Shown piece by piece: positions 8,386-15,998 of a stretch of 50,300 bases of DNA (the first letter of the stretch is position 1; each line of letters opens with the position of its first letter). The translations under genes were made by a program, and so were the position numbers. Location: assembly GCA_041304525.1 (NCBI GenBank), contig JBFYNF010000106.1, forward strand, positions 1 through 50,300, given 5' to 3'. This DNA comes from Thermoplasmata archaeon. Its GTDB lineage: Archaea; Thermoplasmatota; Thermoplasmata; UBA10834. Under the pieces are notes generated by a model, which made no database searches, was not told the DNA's origin, and saw only the letters and a program-made list of their open reading frames with translations.

Positions 8386-9252
8386 TCATTCTTCGATGAC
8401 ACTCAGCCACAGGTGCAGGTTGCCGTACAGGTATCGTTCCTGCCCCTCCTCCTGGATGTAGAGGTCGAAGTCGAACCTCCACACGCCCGTTTGGTCGAGC
8501 GCGAAGGTCACGTTGACGAACTGCGTGTCACCCTCGGCCATCGTGTAGTTGTACCACCGGGTACCCCAGTGCGTGTCGTTCCAGCAGTATGCGGCCATCG
8601 AGAACTCCCTTGGACCGTCCTCGCCGTTGTGCATCTCTATCGTGAGCGTGATGTTCGACCCGAGCACGCGCGTGGAGTTGATCTTCGCGCTGCCGTCCTC
8701 GGTCATCGCGAAGTATGTCCTGGATGGGTACTCAGCTGTTATGATGAGCGCGAGACATATCCCGGACACCACGAGCGCGGTCCCGAGCATCGCGGCCACG
8801 ACCTTGTCGAACTTGAACGGCTCGACCTTCTCGGTCCTGGTCTTCTTCGCGGTCTCATCCTCTGCATTTCTGTTCTTGACCATCTCGGCCGCGACGGCCG
8901 AGAGCGCGAACACTATCAGCGAGGCCCGTGTGGTGTTCGAGTCAAGCCCGATCGGCGTGAGCACGAGGAACAGGCCCAGGAAGATGATCACCAAGACGGA
9001 TATGCCAAGGCTGAGCACGAATCTCGCCTCGAGGCTCGTGCCTTTCCAGAAGAACAGTCGCACGACAGCGAACCCGGGTACGAAGAACATGTACGGCAGG
9101 CCGAACGCGAATGCGGCCGCGGTCCCCGGCAGAAGGAGGAGGACAAGGGTCGCCACTATTGAGAACAACGCTATCGTGAGCCTCTGGCCGTTGTGGGTTT
9201 CCAGGAATCCCACGACCCTGCTGAGCGCGTCCGCACCTTCTCCCATAGTCAC
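8386..9252 (-). CDS. Polytopic membrane protein with a C-terminal beta-rich ectodomain (possibly DUF1616-like)
   Basis: 288 aa with 4-5 TM helices, then a domain with N-x-S/T sequons (NST, NIT, NDT, NYT, NVT). The family call is from memory only. Confidence 0.5.
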   Translation of the reverse strand: MTMGEGADALSRVVGFLETHNGQRLTIALFSIVATLVLLLLPGTAAAFAFGLPYMFFVPGFAVVRLFFWKGTSLEARFVLSLGISVLVIIFLGLFLVLTPIGLDSNTTRASLIVFALSAVAAEMVKNRNAEDETAKKTRTEKVEPFKFDKVVAAMLGTALVVSGICLALIITAEYPSRTYFAMTEDGSAKINSTRVLGSNITLTIEMHNGEDGPREFSMAAYCWNDTHWGTRWYNYTMAEGDTQFVNVTFALDQTGVWRFDFDLYIQEEGQERYLYGNLHLWLSVIEE

Positions 9253-9383
9253 TCAGCCCTCGGCCTGCTGAAACGTGTAGGCCCATATATCTGTTTGTTC
9301 AGTGGATGCGCCAGTATGCAAAACCGCCTTGTCGATGCCATGTCCGGCGTGCGAGCCATGCCATCGAGTAGGAACCTATTTAA

Positions 9384-10295
9384 ATGACTAACCCAATAAT
9401 TCCTGACAGCCCTGTTATACCCCCTCGTGAGGTGACTCTATTGGCTAAGGATGAAGATGATGAGGTTGCGTGCCCTGTCTGCGGCAAGATCGTGGGCGCC
9501 GATGTGTCTTCCTGCCCCTACTGTGGCGCTGAGTTCGAAGATCATGATGCCACCGAAGAGGAAGAGGTCGTGGCCAAGGTCGCCGCGACGGATGAGGATG
9601 AAGAGGTCGCCTGCCCGGTCTGCGGCTCTCTAGTAGGCCTCGATGTCGCGGCCTGCCCCAAGTGCGGCGCGGAGTTCGAGGAAGAGGAGATCGAGGAGGT
9701 CATCGAGGTAGAGGAGAAGACCGTCTTCGAGGAAGAGGCAGCTCCGGTGCCCGTGAAGGCCAAGTCCGTCGAGAAGCCGAAGGCCAAGGCGAAGCCGGCT
9801 GAGAAGGCCAAGCCGAAGGAGAAGCCGAGGCCCAAGCCCAAGGAGGGCGTCTCGCTCACTGCGGACCTGCCCGCTAGCATCATGGACTTCAGGGTCATAG
9901 GACTCGCGCTCATCATACTCGGCATCGTGGGCACGCAGGTCGCGCTCATGATTGACTGGTACTGGAGCTGGGTGCCCCCGATCGAGGACAACCTGGGCCT
10001 GTTCGTGGCCATACCCATCGTCCTGCTCGTGGTCGGTCTCCTGGTGTTCATGCTCGTGAAGAAGGCGCTCGCGGGCGGGAAGGAGATGCCAGAGATGATG
10101 CCCGGCACATCCCTCTCGCTGTTCCTGTTCGGGATACTCGCGCTGATCGTCGTGGTCCTCTGGGACCCGATCAACGTGGCGCTTCAGGACTCCCAGGCTG
10201 CGGTCGCGGGCGGATTCGCTATCGCCCTTGTGCTCGGCATCCTGCTGGTCTTCATGGGCTACAGGAACGCGTCTGAGAAGGCCGCGTGCGACTGA
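9384..10295 (+). CDS. Membrane protein with two N-terminal zinc ribbons, an acidic/KPE-rich linker and about 4 TM helices
   Basis: CPVCG..x10..CPYCGAEFE and CPVCG..x10..CPKCGAEFE, then KAKSVEKPKAKAKPAEKAKPKEKPRPKPKE, then hydrophobic helices. ATG 9384 lies inside a TATTTAAAT element, so the true start may be GTG 9432 or TTG 9441. Confidence 0.65.
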   Translation: MTNPIIPDSPVIPPREVTLLAKDEDDEVACPVCGKIVGADVSSCPYCGAEFEDHDATEEEEVVAKVAATDEDEEVACPVCGSLVGLDVAACPKCGAEFEEEEIEEVIEVEEKTVFEEEAAPVPVKAKSVEKPKAKAKPAEKAKPKEKPRPKPKEGVSLTADLPASIMDFRVIGLALIILGIVGTQVALMIDWYWSWVPPIEDNLGLFVAIPIVLLVVGLLVFMLVKKALAGGKEMPEMMPGTSLSLFLFGILALIVVVLWDPINVALQDSQAAVAGGFAIALVLGILLVFMGYRNASEKAACD

Positions 10296-10326
10296 GCCAG
10301 AAACCCGTAAACCCCTTCAGCCGAGG

Positions 10327-10331
10327 TTTTT
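10327..10331 (+). terminator. Oligo-T tract downstream of the 9384-10295 gene
   Basis: TTTTT (then CTT) about 32 nt after the stop. Archaeal terminators are typically T-runs. Confidence 0.3.
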
Positions 10332-10524
10332 CTTGGAAATCGTTCGATACGAGATTCGTACCTGAGCGACCGACTTCGCAAGGCTGATATACGATGCGGC
10401 TGTTCAAGGTTGGACACGATTCGGTGGCAGCCCTAGTTGGATGGTGTGGTGGGATTGTTGCCAAGCCTGAGTGTCGGGGCGGCGTGATGGGCGCCCCTCG
10501 GAGCATTTTTCGTCTTCTGGGCCT

Positions 10525-10567
10525 CGTGCGCGCACGTGCGCATGTGGGGCGCGCGCCATGGCCATGG
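10525..10567. repeat. Cluster of overlapping perfect palindromes / alternating pyrimidine-purine tract
   Basis: GTGCGCGCAC (10526-10535), GCGCACGTGCGC (10530-10541), GGCGCGCGCC (10548-10557) and CCATGGCCATGG (10556-10567). Positions 10525-10546 alternate strictly Py-Pu. Confidence 0.9.
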
Positions 10568-10592
10568 CCAGTCGCTGAGAAACAGGGTGACC

Positions 10593-10624
10593 AAATAATT
10601 ATATAACAAATATCTCTATATATG
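10593..10624. promoter_or_regulatory. 32-nt AT-rich block with several TATA-like motifs
   Basis: AAATAATTATATAACAAATATCTCTATATATG, about 100 nt upstream of ATG 10724. It is the only strongly AT-rich stretch in this spacer. Confidence 0.4.
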
Positions 10625-10723
10625 TGACAGCAAGCGGAAGGGATGGACCAGCTGTCGCTTGAGAGCGTCATCGCACGTGTTTACCCCTTCAGCGCGAGCG
10701 GAATGAAAAGGAGTGTGTGACCA

Positions 10724-11251
10724 ATGGAGAAGAAGATACTCACGATAATGGTGGCGCTCATGGTTGTGGCTGCCATCGTGGTCGCGTTCATCATGATCGC
10801 GGCCGGAGGCGCGAGGACCGCCGGAGGCTTCACGAGGCTGTTCGATGACCTCGAGAACCCGAACCCGACTGTGACGTTCCATCAGTACTTGGAGCTGCCA
10901 GAAGACTGGAACATCAATGACGTGAAGACCGTGAGCGACACGATCGTCGACATGTATCTCGACTACACGACGACCGTCGGCTCGACGACTATCTATGTCC
11001 ACGTCATCTACTTCGTGTGCATAAGCGACAAGTGGACGGACGCGGAGCAAGGCACGTCGTTCTACGTGCCCACGAGCACGCTGCACTCGGGCTTCCTCCT
11101 CGTGGACCACGGCAGATTCTCCCTGAGCGTCAGCTCGTCGTCGAACCTGTCCGAGGACTATTCGATAGGCGACGTCATCGAGCTCGATACTGTCTTGACG
11201 GACAACTTGGGTGAGCTGTCATTCGGCAGCTGGTCCCTGGCCAGTGAATGA
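10724..11251 (+). CDS. Hypothetical N-terminally anchored exported protein
   Basis: 175 aa. AAAGGAG lies upstream of the ATG. An N-terminal TM or signal anchor is present (ILTIMVALMVVAAIVVAFIMIAAGG). I recognise no family. Confidence 0.55.
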   Translation: MEKKILTIMVALMVVAAIVVAFIMIAAGGARTAGGFTRLFDDLENPNPTVTFHQYLELPEDWNINDVKTVSDTIVDMYLDYTTTVGSTTIYVHVIYFVCISDKWTDAEQGTSFYVPTSTLHSGFLLVDHGRFSLSVSSSSNLSEDYSIGDVIELDTVLTDNLGELSFGSWSLASE

Positions 11252-11566
11252 TCTGGCAGATGACCGTGAAGCATCTGAAACCCCTTTCATCCACATATTC
11301 TGAACACAACAATTGCCCAGGTCCTCACATAGGGCCTATATGAACGACTCCTCCCGACTGTCCTGGACGGGGTGCCAGAAGGCGAAAGGGTATTATAACC
11401 AGGTCTCGCTCTTCGGTTATAACAGCGTGAGCCGAAACGCCACAGGGCATAGTGATGCTTCGGCGGGCCGCCGGAATCGGAGAGTGCTTTTGGGGGAGAG
11501 GAGGTTCGTAGCGGCCTGCATGTCAGCAACGCTACGCCCTTGCGCAGGGAGAGAGAGGCAGAGGCG

Positions 11567-14038
11567 ATGCGCAAGAGCGAGCGCAACCAGGGCAAGACGC
11601 CGCCGCCCCCAGCGTCACCCGGTTCGAGGGGCTTCACCAATGGTAATGGTAGCCCGCCTGCGAGGGACCTCCCAGGCAAGGTGAACGGCATCGGCAGGGG
11701 GCGGGTCAACGGCCTCACGAACGGGCTCACCAACGGCCTCACTAATGGTGGACGTTCCCCGCGCCGATCGGGCCTCACGAACGGCATGACGAACGGCAAG
11801 ACCAACGGCATGACGAACGGGCTCACGAACGGTTTCGTGAACGGCGCAGGCGCCGTGAACGGCTTCAGGATATCCGCGGGATCGAGACGGATCTCGAGGC
11901 AGCCAATCGACGTCCGCAAGAAGATGCTGATGGTCGCATGCCTCGTCGCAATCATCATGGTCATACCGTACGCGCTCGTCTACGCCTTCCCGCCGGCGGA
12001 GGTCGAGATAGACGGGTACTTCATGGACTGGCTGAGGGCGACCGTGTACGAGGATTCCCCGGACTCGGAGAACATGGATGTTGCCATATCCGCCTACGCG
12101 GTCAAGGCCGACGTCCGCGGGTCTTACTTCTACATCGCGACTGCCGGGACGGTCATGAGCGGTGCCGACGGAGGCGCGGACGGTTTCTACATATTCATCG
12201 ACAGGGACGGCGATGTCGGCACTGGGTACCTTGTGAGGGGCCTCGGCGCGGACCACATGATCGCCGTCATCGGCTGGGACGGCGTCACCGTGCTGGCGGC
12301 CACGTATGTCTTCGACTCATCGGCTTCTCAGGACGACTATGCCGGGTTCGAGCGCTCCTCGGACCCTCTCGTCGCGTTCAAGGGCGGCGAGGTCGAGATC
12401 GGCGCAAACCTCATCACGGGCCCGATGTCCAGGGTAGCAGTCTGCGCTCGCCACACGAACGTGTCGGATGACTGGTCCGAGGTGAATTTCGCGTACTCCG
12501 GCCCCGCGATCCGAGTGCTCCAGTACTTCGAGACCCCCGAAGTGACGACAGGATACACGGACGAGCATATGCTGACACTCGAGCTCATATCCAAGGATTC
12601 TCCCGTCGATCTGGAAGGGCTCGTGTTCGAGCTCGAAGGGACCGCGACACCGACCGAGGTCAAGGTACTTCGCGGCTACGAGCTCATCGGCTCGGGCCAG
12701 GGCGCAGATGTCTTGTTCACGGAGCCAGTGCGGCTCGACACGGACGAGGTCGTCCGACTGTCGGTGCTGGCATCGTTCGAGGGCGGCTCGGAGACCCAGT
12801 CCTTCGGGCTACATCTGGACCCGGCCGACGGCCTTGTTCTCGGCGCGAACGCCACGGCTGCGTTGACATCATATCAGGAGGGCGCGAGGATGACATACAT
12901 CAGCGCGGCTCCCGCTGCCGTGACAGTCGACGGCGCCTTCGCTGACTGGCAACACATGGTCATGACCGAGGACTCGCTGGGCGATGTAGTCATGAACGAC
13001 ACCGGCCCGTTCGTCAACGGCGACGTCGACATATCATCCGTCGTCGCGTGGTCCTCCGGATCCGTAGCGTACTTCTACATGTCCGTGGACGGGAGGATGC
13101 TGGGAGGCTCCAGCGTCCCTGGCACGCTCGTGCGCTGGGAGGAGCCGCCGGAGCCGAGCGGGTCAATGCCCAACATGACTGATGAGGAGCATCTGTTCGG
13201 AGCGGACTTCGCCTACGCGTTCATCGACCTGGATGGCAACGAGTCGACCGGGTTCAGGATCGGAGGCGCGGAATCCGCGGTCACGGTCGCGGGCAAGGAC
13301 GGGACGGTCATGGCCGCGAACGCGTATGCGTACATCAACGGCTCTTGGCTCTTGGTCGGGCCAGTCCTGGCGGCTTCGGACGGCTACAGGCTCGAGGTCG
13401 GCGCCGCGTTCGAGTCCCTCGGCATGTGCATGGACGAGGTTTACCGCATCACATTCATGGCGCAAGACTGGCGCGGCTCTGAGGACAACGCCGTGGTCGC
13501 GCTACCGGTCAGCGTGCTCTCGGGAACCAGGGCCTTCGGGGGCATAATCATCAACGAAATATACTCCACCCAGCCTAGCTTGTCTAATGACTGGCTTGAG
13601 CTGTACAACACCGCGAGCTATCCCATCAGCATCGCTGGCTGGACGCTGTACGTGGACGGCGTCCTGAGGTTCACGTTCCCAACCTACACTATCCCGTCTG
13701 GCGGGTTCTACGTCACGCCCAACCTGAGCTTCTCGAAAGGGACCACATACGTTCTCCGCGACGATGTGGGCACACTGATCGATTCTGTCAGCGTCCCAAC
13801 CTGGAACGCGAGGTCTTACGGCCGTACTGGCACCCCCGATTCGGAGTACGACACGTGGGCCTGGACGGTCCCAACCCCCGGGGAGATCAACCAGGGCCAG
13901 ATACCTATCCCGGAGTTCGGCGACATCATAGCGCCGTTAGCGATAGTACCAATTATCTTCATCGTCATAAGGCGTGCGCGAGGAGCTCGCGAGAACGCAC
14001 GAGGGGACTCGGAAGGGAACCATGATGGACGCACCTGA
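11567..14038 (+). CDS. Large surface protein: basic TNG-repeat N-tail, TM helix, duplicated beta-sandwich modules, lamin-tail domain (LTD), PEF-CTERM-like C-terminal anchor
   Basis: The first ATG of ORF 11540-14038 is at 11567. LTD motif: IIINEIYSTQPSLSNDWLELYNTASYPISIAGWTLYVDG. The C-terminus reads IPIPEFGDIIAPLAIVPIIFIVIRRARG. Confidence 0.75.
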   Translation: MRKSERNQGKTPPPPASPGSRGFTNGNGSPPARDLPGKVNGIGRGRVNGLTNGLTNGLTNGGRSPRRSGLTNGMTNGKTNGMTNGLTNGFVNGAGAVNGFRISAGSRRISRQPIDVRKKMLMVACLVAIIMVIPYALVYAFPPAEVEIDGYFMDWLRATVYEDSPDSENMDVAISAYAVKADVRGSYFYIATAGTVMSGADGGADGFYIFIDRDGDVGTGYLVRGLGADHMIAVIGWDGVTVLAATYVFDSSASQDDYAGFERSSDPLVAFKGGEVEIGANLITGPMSRVAVCARHTNVSDDWSEVNFAYSGPAIRVLQYFETPEVTTGYTDEHMLTLELISKDSPVDLEGLVFELEGTATPTEVKVLRGYELIGSGQGADVLFTEPVRLDTDEVVRLSVLASFEGGSETQSFGLHLDPADGLVLGANATAALTSYQEGARMTYISAAPAAVTVDGAFADWQHMVMTEDSLGDVVMNDTGPFVNGDVDISSVVAWSSGSVAYFYMSVDGRMLGGSSVPGTLVRWEEPPEPSGSMPNMTDEEHLFGADFAYAFIDLDGNESTGFRIGGAESAVTVAGKDGTVMAANAYAYINGSWLLVGPVLAASDGYRLEVGAAFESLGMCMDEVYRITFMAQDWRGSEDNAVVALPVSVLSGTRAFGGIIINEIYSTQPSLSNDWLELYNTASYPISIAGWTLYVDGVLRFTFPTYTIPSGGFYVTPNLSFSKGTTYVLRDDVGTLIDSVSVPTWNARSYGRTGTPDSEYDTWAWTVPTPGEINQGQIPIPEFGDIIAPLAIVPIIFIVIRRARGARENARGDSEGNHDGRT
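11705..11863 (+). repeat. In-frame 12-nt tandem repeat (consensus CTCACGAACGGC), 3 + 6 units split by a 24-nt spacer
   Basis: It encodes VNG-LTNG-LTNG-LTNG-GRSPRRSG-LTNG-MTNG-KTNG-MTNG-LTNG-FVNG-AGAVNG. Confidence 0.9.
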
Positions 14039-15971
14039 GACATCCGACGGCGGCTCGGAACAACCGAACGAGAGCATTTCGCTCACACACCTGCTGAGGC
14101 CCCTGGGGTCACAGTCCGAGGCCGTGAGGCCATTCATGCCCGTCCTGGGAGGCCCCAGACTCTACCTTCTGCTCCTGTATGCTGCGGTAGTCATCGGCTC
14201 ATCGGTCGAGTTCTTCATGAGCCAGGAACTGTGGTACGGCAGCTGGGAGGTATACAACACCTATGTGTTCATCGTCTCCGGCTTCTTCATCCTGATGGGC
14301 GTGGCCATGCTGTTCCTCACCGCGGGGGAGGCCCCGGATGACGGTTTCAAGCTGCCGCTCCCCAAGCCGCTGCTCTGGGTCATGGGCATGATCCTGGTGG
14401 TCATCATGAGCATCGGCCTGGCCGGCCTTGGTTCCGAGATCGGAGGCTGGACGGTCCTCTTGAGCGTGTTGCTGCTCACAGGTTTCATAATGATGGTGAT
14501 GGGCATGAAGTCCATCGCCAACAAGGACGCCTTCTGGCTGGCCATATACGGATTCGGCGTGGTCATGATGGTCCTCATGCCCGTGCACGAGGCATTCGAT
14601 GTCGCCGCCGATCCGACAGGCTACCCATTCACCGGCCTGAACGTCCTCCTGCTTGCCGTGGGCATGTGCTCGGCCCTCTTGTCACTGCAGTTCATGAGGA
14701 CCCGGGATGGCTATCTGGGCGCGTGGCTCATAGGCGCCATGGCGCTATTCCTTCTTGCTTTCCACGAGCAGGCGGGCATCGTCGCATCTGGCAACTACGA
14801 ACCCTACGACCGCGGCCTCGCGCTCATAGGCATCGTGTTCTCGTTCCTGCCGCTGTTCATGTACCTCTGGAAGGAGAAGGAGTATCTGTCCATGTGGTCC
14901 AAACTCCGCAGGGCGAACCACCTCATGCAGACTGGCGACTTCCCGGGAGCGCTCGTCCACGCAGACGCCGCGGTCCAGGAGAGCTCCGCAGCCGGGATCT
15001 CCCACAAGTTCTCGCTGCCCTGGAACGTCAAGGGCGACGTTCTCTATCACATGAAGGAGTATTCGAAGGCCAAGACTAACTACGACCTCGCGCTCGAGAT
15101 AGACCCTGAGGACAGCACCACATGGTGCCACCTTGGCAACATGTACGCGTTCGAGGGTAAGCGCGCGCTCGCGCTCAGCGCCTACGACAGGTCGATCCAG
15201 GCGGACCCGAAGAACGCCATCCCCTGGAACAACAAGGGCGCGGTCTTCAGCACCCTCGACTGGCCCGAGGAGGCGCTCGCATGCTTCAACAGGGCCGTCG
15301 CGCTCGACCCGAGGGACTTCGACGCCTACATGAACCTCGCGAAGACCTGCGTCAAGCTCGGCAGGAGCGACGACGCCGTCATGAACTACCAGAAAGCCAT
15401 CGGGATCAAGCCCAAGAGCAAGCTGGCCAAGGAGGGTCTGCAGAGGGAGTTCTACAAGGGCATGTGCCTCGACCAGATACGCGGCTGGGAGGCGATGGGC
15501 CTCGACACGGCGCATCTGAGGAACCTCCTGAAGCAGGACCCGTCGGACTTCGACAGGACATCGAAGGAGTACCTCTCGAGCATAGTGGAGCAGAGGACGC
15601 AGCTGGTCATCGGCGGGGGACAGGACAAGTTCGATGTCAACGCCGCCATCAAGGCCGTCCTCAATGTGACGGCCGAGAAGGGCGCGACCCTCGAGCGCAT
15701 CATGAAGGAGACCAACCTCACGAGCGAGCAGCTAGTGCTGCCGATGGCGCTACTGATGAAGACCGAGCGCCTGCACTTCAAGAGGTCAGGCACGCACGAT
15801 GTCTATGTGTCAAAGGGCAAGGCACCGGAGAAGCCCGAGATACCGCCGCCCGAGGAGCCGCTCAAGAGGAAGCTGCACCATAAGACGGAGAGGCCGAAGC
15901 CGGAGGAGCTGGAGCCGACCGCATCCGTACTCGTGTTCGGTCGCAGGAAGTCCAAGAAGAAGAAGATATGA
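14022..15971 (+). CDS. Polytopic membrane protein with cytoplasmic TPR repeats and a basic K/P-rich tail
   Basis: ATG 14022 (GGAAGGGA upstream) overlaps the end of the previous gene by 17 nt. About 8 TM helices are followed by 4-5 TPR units (..AKTNYDLALEIDPEDSTTW.., ..ALSAYDRSIQADPKNAIPW.., ..ALACFNRAVALDPRDFDAY..). Confidence 0.75.
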   Translation: MMDAPETSDGGSEQPNESISLTHLLRPLGSQSEAVRPFMPVLGGPRLYLLLLYAAVVIGSSVEFFMSQELWYGSWEVYNTYVFIVSGFFILMGVAMLFLTAGEAPDDGFKLPLPKPLLWVMGMILVVIMSIGLAGLGSEIGGWTVLLSVLLLTGFIMMVMGMKSIANKDAFWLAIYGFGVVMMVLMPVHEAFDVAADPTGYPFTGLNVLLLAVGMCSALLSLQFMRTRDGYLGAWLIGAMALFLLAFHEQAGIVASGNYEPYDRGLALIGIVFSFLPLFMYLWKEKEYLSMWSKLRRANHLMQTGDFPGALVHADAAVQESSAAGISHKFSLPWNVKGDVLYHMKEYSKAKTNYDLALEIDPEDSTTWCHLGNMYAFEGKRALALSAYDRSIQADPKNAIPWNNKGAVFSTLDWPEEALACFNRAVALDPRDFDAYMNLAKTCVKLGRSDDAVMNYQKAIGIKPKSKLAKEGLQREFYKGMCLDQIRGWEAMGLDTAHLRNLLKQDPSDFDRTSKEYLSSIVEQRTQLVIGGGQDKFDVNAAIKAVLNVTAEKGATLERIMKETNLTSEQLVLPMALLMKTERLHFKRSGTHDVYVSKGKAPEKPEIPPPEEPLKRKLHHKTERPKPEELEPTASVLVFGRRKSKKKKI

Positions 15972-15998
15972 TCATCCGGCTGATCCGGTGAAACCACT

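Noticed and set aside
9377-9386. ATG 9384 as the certain start of the zinc-ribbon membrane protein
   Set aside because: The ATG is embedded in a TATTTAAAT element that looks like the promoter itself. If that element is the TATA box, translation must begin downstream at GTG 9432 or TTG 9441. The coordinates are kept but flagged as uncertain.
10394-10606. 70-aa ORF inside the 428-bp spacer
   Set aside because: The translation (…GWCGGIVAKPECRGGVMGAPRSIFRLLGLVRARAHVGRAPWPWP…) is low-complexity and runs straight through the palindrome cluster. There is no Shine-Dalgarno-like motif and no protein-like pattern.
10525-10624. Replication origin (AT-rich unwinding element plus repeats)
   Set aside because: No orc1/cdc6 gene is in the window, and I cannot see ORB or mini-ORB type repeats flanking the AT block. 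The region is retained as a finding, but the origin interpretation is not supported by sequence alone.
10600-10723. SRP-RNA-like GGAA loop (GCGGAAGGGAUGGACCAGC within a CAAGCG/CGCTTG stem, ~10631-10662), and the 10296-10600 region as 7S or RNase P RNA
   Set aside because: The conserved helix-8 context (CAGGCCCGGAAGGGAGCA-like) and the RNase P CR-I motif (GAGGAAAGUCC) are absent. The region is also too short for either RNA. It is kept only as an unexplained spacer.
11705-11863. Possible CRISPR-like or intergenic tandem array
   Set aside because: The period is only 12 nt with no spacers of CRISPR size. The array is in frame inside a long ORF and translates to a regular peptide repeat, so it is a coding tandem repeat.
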